Origin: Candidatus Hermodarchaeota archaeon
Lineage (GTDB): Archaea; Asgardarchaeota; Thorarchaeia; Thorarchaeales; Thorarchaeaceae
Length of the DNA: 20,099 nucleotides
Assembly: GCA_048885865.1 (NCBI GenBank)
Contig: JBHLLF010000046.1
Coordinates: 1 to 20,099 of the forward strand
Direction of reading: 5' to 3'
Below the pieces are notes generated by a model that worked only from the letters and a program-made list of their open reading frames with translations, made no database searches and had not been told where the DNA came from. How positions within the stretch are numbered: the stretch's first letter is position 1; the number at the start of each line of letters is the position of its first letter. The position numbers were made by a program, and so were the translations under genes. This document shows, piece after piece, positions 1 through 7,024 of the stretch.

Positions 1-524
1 ACGCGTCTGCCCATCTGATAAGCCATTCGCATGGCTTCCATATCATTCCTGATATCGCCTACATTCATGGCAAATCCTATTGGCCAAGAAACTCCCCCAG
101 GTACAATCATCTCCTTTACAAGCATAAAGAAAAGCATTTGATTGAGAGCAATATCTGCTCCAGATTTTCTTGCTACCACAAATGCGGCCCCGATCTTACC
201 CTCAAGGTGAGCGAATCGGCCAACGCGATCCAGAAAGCTCTTCATTTGAGATGTAACGCTTGCATAATGCACAGGAGAGCCAAATATAATGCCATGGGCC
301 TTGTACATCTTTTCAATTATAGGATTCAGGTCATCATCTTGACTACAGCGCCCAAGTTCATAGCATTTCAGATAATGTTTGCACGGATTGATGTCAAAGT
401 CAGCAAGCTCAATGAACTCAATACTAGCACCATACTCCTCTGCGGCATCAAGAGCGGTTTCAACAAGAATTGATGTGTTGCCACCTTGCCTATTGCTGCC
501 AGAAATGCCTAGAACCTTTGCCAT
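1..524 (-). CDS. Iron-sulfur flavoprotein (Isf) / multimeric flavodoxin, NADPH-dependent FMN reductase family; 3' end runs off the window
   Basis: Not in the ORF track; translated by hand from ATG at 524: MAKVLGISGSNRQGGNTSILVETAL...INPCKHYLKCYELGRCSQDDDL...IIFGSPVHYASVTSQMKSFLDR...GKIGAAFVVARKSG. It has the flavodoxin FMN-phosphate loop (GSxRxxGNT), the GSPVH/Y motif and an Isf-type Cys cluster. No stop before position 1. Confidence 0.9.
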   Translation of the reverse strand, partial: MAKVLGISGSNRQGGNTSILVETALDAAEEYGASIEFIELADFDINPCKHYLKCYELGRCSQDDDLNPIIEKMYKAHGIIFGSPVHYASVTSQMKSFLDRVGRFAHLEGKIGAAFVVARKSGADIALNQMLFFMLVKEMIVPGGVSWPIGFAMNVGDIRNDMEAMRMAYQMGRR

Positions 525-593
525 ATTGAAACCTTCGGGGAGAGTTAAGTTACAGGAATTCAAATCGCAACCTTGTTCTTAAATCTCATTATA

Positions 594-639
594 ACTAAAA
601 AGAAAGCATATGCCACCAAAATGTCACTTTAGTGGCATA
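594..639 (-). terminator. Hairpin plus T-tract terminator downstream of ccmF
   Basis: TATGCCAC (609-616) and GTGGCATA (632-639) are a perfect inverted repeat, extendable with G-U pairs. On the minus strand it is followed by TGCTTTCTTTTTAG and lies about 22 nt after the ccmF stop. Confidence 0.65.
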
Positions 640-661
640 GATTGTTTCCTAACGGTCATTA

Positions 662-2734
662 TCATTCATTATCAGCTGAAAGAGGTGTTTCGTCCTCTTC
701 CTGTTCATCTTCGGGACCATAGAGGTGCTCATTCTTGTCCTTCAAGGATCTTCTGAAATCAGAGAACTCCATTGCACCTAGTGGGAGCAACGCCATGACC
801 ATTAGGAAGGCTCCTAACCATACGAAAGACACGATTGGAAGAATCCTCGCTTGGAGCTCTACGCTATAAGTCATTGGAGCAACCTGGTCAAACGTCCGAA
901 GAGACACAAATACATCCCGTAGAGCTGTCGTCTGCACGAAGACATCCTGTGTCAATGATTGCCATTGCGGATTTCCTTTGACAACTAGGAGGCCCAACCA
1001 GGCTGAGTTTCCTTCTATCACCGCGATTACTACTTGTAATTCGAAATCATACTCATTTATCCAATACACCAAGTTGATTTCACTCACTCCAACTGTTATT
1101 CCTGAGGAGCCCAGTTCATGCGATTGATCTTTGAGATATGTGTTGGTTTGATTGATGACCACATTCTCACTCAGAAAGACTCCCAGAAGCAGTACGATTA
1201 GACCAAGGTGTAGCATGAGGCGTCCCATTCTTCGCATTGTGAATGCACCAACCTCTTTTCCTGCAATGGTTCGGGCGAATGCAACAATAAGGTATCCTAA
1301 GGCAAAGATAGCAATAGGAATCAACGCGTTGGCTTGCCAATAGTATGTGGGCAGAGCTTGCTCAGTTGTAACTGTCAGAACAGCAAGGACTCCACCAACT
1401 CCTAGCAGAGCAAGAATGCCAATTGCCTTCATCTTTGCCCTCAGAATTGTACTTCTCATGCAGTAGAATGCAGATACAATCAAGAGCAAAGACCCAGCGT
1501 AAAATCCAGCTCGGAAGAACTCTATTCCTATCGACACCATATTCTCAGTAAATTCTGCTGGGTTTGTGATGGCACCAACGAGATTTATTGCTGCAGGCAG
1601 CACAACGCCTGAAACTGAGGTGGTCAGTATAACCAAGATGCCTATCAGTGCAACCTTTAATGAGAAATCTCTAAGATTTGAGAGCGAAAAGAAGCTCCAC
1701 CCTTGATCTTCCTCATCGTCAGACATGTCTACATACCCTGCCCTAATGGTGACTAAAGTTGCCAATAGGAAATTGAATACAACAGTGGCAAACATGGTCC
1801 AGCTGACTATACTAATAGTGAACCCATGCACTGAGTTTAGAACTCCACTTCTAGTGACCCATGTTGCATAGATAACAGTCACATAGGTAAAGACCAAGAA
1901 TGAATCTCTCAAGACATCATTATTCTTGAAGATTGCCTTCGCATGAAAGTATGCTGTGAGGAGTAGCCATGGTACCAGCGAGGTTGTTTCGACTGGGTCC
2001 CACGCCCAATAACCTCCCCACCCCAGGACAATGTATGCCCAGTAGCCGCCAATAGCTATACCAACTGAGAGTATGATCCATGAAGCAACTGTCATAAATC
2101 GAGTGAGTGAATCCAACACAGGAATGGGCTCAGCGTTGCGCTCTTCTGAACGAACTGTATATCCGGCGAGCTTCACTGAGAAGGGAACCACTGCAATTGC
2201 GTAGGCTATGAACACAATAGGCGGATGAATGACATTCCAAATAGTGCTGAGCAATGGATTCAGTCCTATACCATCAGCTGGAGTAGCACCCCCGAGAAAA
2301 GGTCTGAATGGATCAGAAGCTAGGGTATTGATTCCGATTAGAATGGTTTGAAGAGTCAGCAGTATTGCGCCTCTGTATACGATTGTATCATCCTCGTATC
2401 CTCGCAAAGAAATACGATAAGTGACAAGCAATAGAAATGAAATAGCAGTCCAGAATAGCAATGACCCAGACTGTCCTGCCCATAGCGCGGAGAGCTTGAG
2501 ATACCAGAGAGCCTCAATATTGGTTGTGACATAGACATACTCGTACTGAAACTGGTTGGTGAATATCAGGTTGCCCATCCAGAACAACGCACCCAATGCA
2601 GATAGACAACCTATTGATGTCAGAATGATCGATATCGTATCGTAGTTCTGAATTCTGGGACCAATTAGCAGAAGTATGATGTCCAACGAACCGACAATGA
2701 TAGCCAAAATTAGTAGAATTGTACCAAGATCCAT
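662..2734 (-). CDS. ccmF: Cytochrome c heme lyase, CcmF/NrfE family (System I holocytochrome c synthase), 690 aa
   Basis: Polytopic membrane protein with W(A)GQSGSLLFW, GLNPLL, HPP, the WWD domain WGGYWAWDPVET, TAYFH, TRSGVLNSVHGF and MLHLG. All four conserved CcmF histidines appear present. GGAGG RBS upstream. Confidence 0.93.
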   Translation of the reverse strand: MDLGTILLILAIIVGSLDIILLLIGPRIQNYDTISIILTSIGCLSALGALFWMGNLIFTNQFQYEYVYVTTNIEALWYLKLSALWAGQSGSLLFWTAISFLLLVTYRISLRGYEDDTIVYRGAILLTLQTILIGINTLASDPFRPFLGGATPADGIGLNPLLSTIWNVIHPPIVFIAYAIAVVPFSVKLAGYTVRSEERNAEPIPVLDSLTRFMTVASWIILSVGIAIGGYWAYIVLGWGGYWAWDPVETTSLVPWLLLTAYFHAKAIFKNNDVLRDSFLVFTYVTVIYATWVTRSGVLNSVHGFTISIVSWTMFATVVFNFLLATLVTIRAGYVDMSDDEEDQGWSFFSLSNLRDFSLKVALIGILVILTTSVSGVVLPAAINLVGAITNPAEFTENMVSIGIEFFRAGFYAGSLLLIVSAFYCMRSTILRAKMKAIGILALLGVGGVLAVLTVTTEQALPTYYWQANALIPIAIFALGYLIVAFARTIAGKEVGAFTMRRMGRLMLHLGLIVLLLGVFLSENVVINQTNTYLKDQSHELGSSGITVGVSEINLVYWINEYDFELQVVIAVIEGNSAWLGLLVVKGNPQWQSLTQDVFVQTTALRDVFVSLRTFDQVAPMTYSVELQARILPIVSFVWLGAFLMVMALLPLGAMEFSDFRRSLKDKNEHLYGPEDEQEEDETPLSADNE

Positions 2735-2751
2735 CTATTATGCCTCCTAAT

Positions 2752-4932
2752 CTAGTCACTCCTTGATGAACGCCTTCTTCTAGGCCGCTTCTTTGTAGAC
2801 CGTTTCCGTGCTTCTTTCTTGAGCACGCGTTGTGTAGACATAGCTCTCTCCCTACGCAATCTCGTAAAGCCATATCCTATTCCGGGTGCAATGACTAGCC
2901 CTATAGCAGCAAATGTTTGCCATGCAGCTCCAGGCGAGATAGGCCTTAATGCAAGGATGGTTAATCTATAGAATGCGCTTTCGCCTACATTTTGCGACTC
3001 GTCGACAGCTAGGCAATAGAACGAAACAACGTCGTCAGCATTGAAATTGCCTATATCCGCTACCCAAAGCATGTATTCACCATCAACATCATACCAGGTC
3101 ATATTCAGTGGTGCGTAAACTCCATCATTGACCTTCCAAAACAATTGGCACGATAATATGATGCTGTGAATTGGATATTCGTATATTCCAAACTCAACGA
3201 TAACGTCTTGACCTGCCAAGATCTCATCAGCTGGATAGGTTTGCCTTAATAGTACCACTGGCGCGTAGATGTCCAACTTCACATTGAAGAAGTAATTGCC
3301 AGCTATGAAGACGTTGCCTAGGGTGTCGTTGGCAAAAACGACGAAATTGACCTTGGTGCCATCTGGAAGCGGATTAATGGTGGTATTGAAAGTGCCAAGA
3401 ATATTCGCGTTTTCTGGGATCAGGACAATTGAGAGATTGGTTTGCCCGCTCTCATATTCTATTGACATATTTGCGAAAACTGTATCGATTCCGTCCGAGT
3501 CGGATGCTGTTACGAGCAGTGTGATATTATCAGTTGGTCTTGGATTCGTTGGCGACACTCGTACATATGAAATGATTGGAAGCCCAAATGACCAAATCCG
3601 TTCAAGAGCCAGAACCCCGAGACCTTGAACTGCAGCGATATGAATCCTCCACCCTTCAGAAAATACATATCCCTCTCTGTCACTATTCTGGAAGAATCCG
3701 CCATATTCTATATCCCATAGTTTGGCAATGACGAGGTCCAATGTATCTATTGTGAGTTGAATGAAGAATGTGTTAGAGGTGACTTCATAGAGATCTTCAA
3801 GAGTCAAAACCATTTGGAACTGGATTTCTGAGTACTTGAACCACTTAACATCCTCATCGTCGAGGGGGTCATATGGATCTCCATCCAGGGTTTCAGCAAA
3901 CCAAGCACCGTACAATTGATCCCAATTATTAGCCAGAACCGCATAGAATGTATCTTCAGCCCAGTCAAGATAGGTAGTGTTGTGGGTAATTTGATATCCT
4001 CGCAAAAGTGCCCTAATTGCCATTGCATTGATATCTGTAACGACAGTTCTCGCAGGTCTCTCCACCTCGTTGACAACTGGGTCCCCCCCAGTTCTATTAA
4101 CCGCTAATCGCATCCCAAAATAGTGGCTTGTTTCATTAATGTAAGGCATATGCTTAATCATGAAATCCAATGAACGATTAGCCATAGCAATAAGTGTAGC
4201 ATTCCCAGTGGATTCCCCAGCATCATAAAGAGCTGATATACCTAATGCAATGTGGTCCAACCTCTTTCCGTCAGCAGGATAAACCTCGTAAATGTATGAT
4301 GGAATGTTTAGCGAGCCATTGCGCAACGTGAAGAAATGGAAACCTCCATTTTCCGAATCGTACAACATATCAGTTAGGCAGTCGATAGCGCTCTGCTTCT
4401 CTGCTGTAAAATTAAGTGTTGAATCGATATTCTCAGCGATTACAAGCGCATTGTAGGCATATGCCTGAATTCCAGCTCTTTTGGATTGAGTAACCTCTGT
4501 TGGTGACCAAGTATTGATGTAGAATCCCGGGTATACTGGATCCATGTATAGCTCGACCATTTTAGTCGCCATCTTTCCAATCACTGAGAATAGCGTTGCA
4601 TTACCTGTTATATTGTAAATCCTACTCAGTGCAGAGATTGCCCAATAATAGTCGGCAAGAGCAGACCCATTCAAAATCAGGTTGTATTGAAAGTCAGCTT
4701 CGTGGAAGACCGTGCCATCATATACATTGACCAAGTTGTCTATCAATGCACTACCTGAGGCAAAAGCGAAGTCTAGATAAGAGCTGATGTTTTGCGGTGT
4801 TTGTGCTTCAATAGGAGTATGAATGGTCTCTAGTTCAAACGTGAAACCTGTATTCTTCTGAGTATGTAGTGGTCCCATATTCAATATGATTAAGACCAGT
4901 ATAAGTGAAAGCAGCACTGGTTTCTTTTTCAT
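2752..4932 (-). CDS. Membrane-anchored surface protein: six-hairpin (alpha/alpha)6 glycosidase/AGE/YyaL-like barrel plus Ig-like domains, C-terminal TM helix and basic tail; function unknown
   Basis: N-terminal signal peptide (MKKK + hydrophobic stretch). Repeated helical-hairpin units (ALSRIYNITGN, ALYDAGESTGN, ALLRGYQITHN, TLEDLYEVTSN; turns D-x3-GGF / W-D-x3-G). Beta-rich modules (VSPTNPRPTDNITLLVTASDSDGIDTV...FANDTLGN). TM helix near the C-terminus and more than a dozen NxS/T sequons. Confidence 0.7.
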   Translation of the reverse strand: MKKKPVLLSLILVLIILNMGPLHTQKNTGFTFELETIHTPIEAQTPQNISSYLDFAFASGSALIDNLVNVYDGTVFHEADFQYNLILNGSALADYYWAISALSRIYNITGNATLFSVIGKMATKMVELYMDPVYPGFYINTWSPTEVTQSKRAGIQAYAYNALVIAENIDSTLNFTAEKQSAIDCLTDMLYDSENGGFHFFTLRNGSLNIPSYIYEVYPADGKRLDHIALGISALYDAGESTGNATLIAMANRSLDFMIKHMPYINETSHYFGMRLAVNRTGGDPVVNEVERPARTVVTDINAMAIRALLRGYQITHNTTYLDWAEDTFYAVLANNWDQLYGAWFAETLDGDPYDPLDDEDVKWFKYSEIQFQMVLTLEDLYEVTSNTFFIQLTIDTLDLVIAKLWDIEYGGFFQNSDREGYVFSEGWRIHIAAVQGLGVLALERIWSFGLPIISYVRVSPTNPRPTDNITLLVTASDSDGIDTVFANMSIEYESGQTNLSIVLIPENANILGTFNTTINPLPDGTKVNFVVFANDTLGNVFIAGNYFFNVKLDIYAPVVLLRQTYPADEILAGQDVIVEFGIYEYPIHSIILSCQLFWKVNDGVYAPLNMTWYDVDGEYMLWVADIGNFNADDVVSFYCLAVDESQNVGESAFYRLTILALRPISPGAAWQTFAAIGLVIAPGIGYGFTRLRRERAMSTQRVLKKEARKRSTKKRPRRRRSSRSD

Positions 4933-4970
4933 TGATTAATTATCTCCTTCGAGTCGCGGTTGCAATTTTT

Positions 4971-4988
4971 AAGGTGTATATACATCTT
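4971..4988. promoter_or_regulatory. 18-bp near-perfect palindrome, candidate transcription-factor site next to the TATA-like box of the 4932 gene
   Basis: AAGGTGTATATACATCTT has one mismatched pair and a perfect TGTATATACA core. On the minus strand it abuts TTAAAAA, followed by the AAGGAGA RBS and ATG at 4932. Confidence 0.5.
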
Positions 4989-5038
4989 TGGTTTCAAAAA
5001 AGCCAAAATTCACGTATGTTTATTGCAGAACTCGAGAG

Positions 5039-5084
5039 GAAAAAATAGAGAGGGGTGCAGATGCTAAGCATCCGCCACCGCCCT
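5039..5084 (-). terminator. GC-rich hairpin plus T-tract terminator after the multiheme cytochrome gene
   Basis: The minus strand reads GCGGATGC-TTA-GCATCTGC (stem with one G-U pair, extendable by GGT/ACC), then CTCTATTTTTTCC, 25-70 nt after the stop at 5110. Confidence 0.65.
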
Positions 5085-5109
5085 TGAGTTTTCCTTCTTA
5101 TGTCCGTTT

Positions 5110-6573
5110 CTAGCGGCGTCTGCCCACTAGAAGTCCTAGAACCAATCCGATGACGATACCGCCAACACTGCCGCCTATTAGAAGCAGAGTGTCTCCACCC
5201 AATACAGTAACAGTATTAGTGACTGTATTGGTGACAGTAACTGTGACGCCCTCAGCAGTGGCCTCATAGAATGTGGCCTTCGCATTTAGTAGATCTGCAT
5301 AGACTGCATTCAATTCGGCAAATACCTGAGTGCCATCATGGAATCCGGATGAGCCATCGTATCCGAAGTACCCTACAAGTGTTTCTGCTTCGTCAATTGC
5401 AGCCTGCATTGCATTGGCGGCGGCAACGTCAGCTCCAGCTGACGCATTGTATGTCGCTACCTCTGCGGCCATTGCTGAAGCCTCAGCAGAGATTTCCTGG
5501 GTCAGAGCCAGAAATGCATCTTGACGCATCTCAAGCTGGCCGAGAGCCCATGTGTCCATGCCTTCATGACACCCTAGCTCATCTACATCTCTTGCTTGAC
5601 CGCAAGCAATGTCAGGATCTAGAGCAAAGGTGTGATTCAGGTCATAACGCCACGCGTCACGGTAGTACACTAGGGAATATCCATGACAGTCAGTGCACTT
5701 CACGCCAGCAAGATTGTGAGACCCTCCAATCCAAACCTCATACTGTGGATGGCGGGCTCCATTGTGACAAAGTCCACACAGTTCGGAAGTATTAACTGCC
5801 CGAATCTGAGCGTTGCCTTCTACTGCTGTCCAGTTAGAATGCACTGCGTGACAAGCAGGACAAGAAATCGAGTTGTAGTCTCCGGCGGGATCAAAGCCGA
5901 GGTCAACGGCTGCGTCTCCGTAGTTAGATAGCGAGCCAGGATTCTGCTGATGGATGAAGGCTTCAGTAGACATGCAATGCATACATTCTGATGATGCATG
6001 AGTGCTTGTTCTTAGATCCGTCAGCGAGTTGGCATGAGCCGAGTTCTGCCATTCTGGATATTCGTTGCGGGTCGCGTGATAACCAGGGTTGTGACAGTTA
6101 CCACAGACCGATCCGTTATAGGTAACATAGGGCTGCGTCACGTCATGGCAAGCAAGACATGTGACTCCCAAGTTAACCCATGACCCATTACCGTCATTAC
6201 CGGCTGGATCATATCCAGTTGCGTGACAGGGTGCACACGTACTGTTGTAGTACGTGGCATTCCGTTCACCATGCAGACCTATTACATACGTCCCATTGAA
6301 CGTCTGCTCATACCCTTCATCGGCGTGTCCACTCTCATTCCAGTAGTTCCACTGATCTGGATGACAACCACCGCAGGTAAGATTGTCTTGCGTTGGATTC
6401 GGGAACGCCAAACCAAAATCATGCTCATATCTATCAGGATTCCCAACCAATGTGATCGGAATGCCTGATCCCGTTGGTCCAAGGAAAATTGCAAAGCCTA
6501 TCAAGCACAGGAAGAGGTAGTAACCTGCGACCATCCGCTTGTTGACTTCTGGAACCTCTTTATAGTATACCAT
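5110..6573 (-). CDS. Surface-anchored multiheme cytochrome c (7 CxxCH + CxxCM + CX10CH; c554/c552-NrfA-like architecture), 487 aa
   Basis: Canonical motifs CGGCH, CAPCH, CLACH, CGNCH, CPACH, CGLCH and CTDCH, plus CMHCM and CGQARDVDELGCH. Repeated W-x2-S-x-H distal-ligand motifs. C-terminal helical domain with DGSSGFH, as in NrfA/c552-like MHCs. N-terminal hydrophobic segment, Thr-rich linker, C-terminal TM helix and RRR. Confidence 0.92.
   Translation of the reverse strand: MVYYKEVPEVNKRMVAGYYLFLCLIGFAIFLGPTGSGIPITLVGNPDRYEHDFGLAFPNPTQDNLTCGGCHPDQWNYWNESGHADEGYEQTFNGTYVIGLHGERNATYYNSTCAPCHATGYDPAGNDGNGSWVNLGVTCLACHDVTQPYVTYNGSVCGNCHNPGYHATRNEYPEWQNSAHANSLTDLRTSTHASSECMHCMSTEAFIHQQNPGSLSNYGDAAVDLGFDPAGDYNSISCPACHAVHSNWTAVEGNAQIRAVNTSELCGLCHNGARHPQYEVWIGGSHNLAGVKCTDCHGYSLVYYRDAWRYDLNHTFALDPDIACGQARDVDELGCHEGMDTWALGQLEMRQDAFLALTQEISAEASAMAAEVATYNASAGADVAAANAMQAAIDEAETLVGYFGYDGSSGFHDGTQVFAELNAVYADLLNAKATFYEATAEGVTVTVTNTVTNTVTVLGGDTLLLIGGSVGGIVIGLVLGLLVGRRR
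5204..5247 (-). repeat. Short coding tandem repeat encoding the VTVTVTNTVTNTVTV stalk
   Basis: 6/12-bp periodic GTGAC/CAGTA units inside the cytochrome gene, just before the C-terminal TM helix. Confidence 0.6.
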
Positions 6574-6603
6574 AGTTGAGATTCTCCATTCTCCATGGAT
6601 GTG

Positions 6604-6633
6604 ATGTAACCTGCAAACGTGGCTACATAAAAA
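6604..6633 (-). promoter_or_regulatory. TATA-like box with adjacent inverted repeat upstream of the cytochrome gene
   Basis: ATGTAACC-N9-GGCTACAT (one mismatch) at 6604-6628 abuts a minus-strand TTTTTAT at 6627-6633, about 55 nt upstream of ATG 6573. Confidence 0.4.
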
Positions 6634-7024
6634 GTTGTTCGTATTCGATGCCTATCAACTAAGCAATAGTTACACATTGGAACTCAGATGTTTCTGCTTT
6701 CGAAAAGAGTCGGCATTTATTAAGAGAGGCGAGCGATTAGATAAGTTACGCTTTGCAATTGGTCCATAAAGAGTCAGTATAGTGTCTAAATATGACCATA
6801 ACTTATACTTTGATTTAATGACCATTATAGTCAATAATTGTAACCAATCTTAGCATTGAAGCCAAATAAAAAGCAAAACGAAAACGAATTCAGCTTGGTA
6901 TTACAAGATGAACTAGATGCGATTGGCTATCTTGAAATGAGAAACGACTTTGCACATTTATTGTGGTGCAGCGGTGCCGTTATTAGTCAGAAGCTGAGAA
7001 TGAAGTCTGCAGTAGGGAGGCGAA

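Noticed and set aside
138-582. Plus-strand ORFs 138-473 and 379-582
   Set aside because: They are antisense shadows of the minus-strand flavoprotein gene, which the ORF track missed because it has no stop in the window.
5271-6494. His-rich antisense and alternative-frame ORFs inside the cytochrome gene
   Set aside because: They overlap a well-supported gene entirely and show no recognisable motifs.
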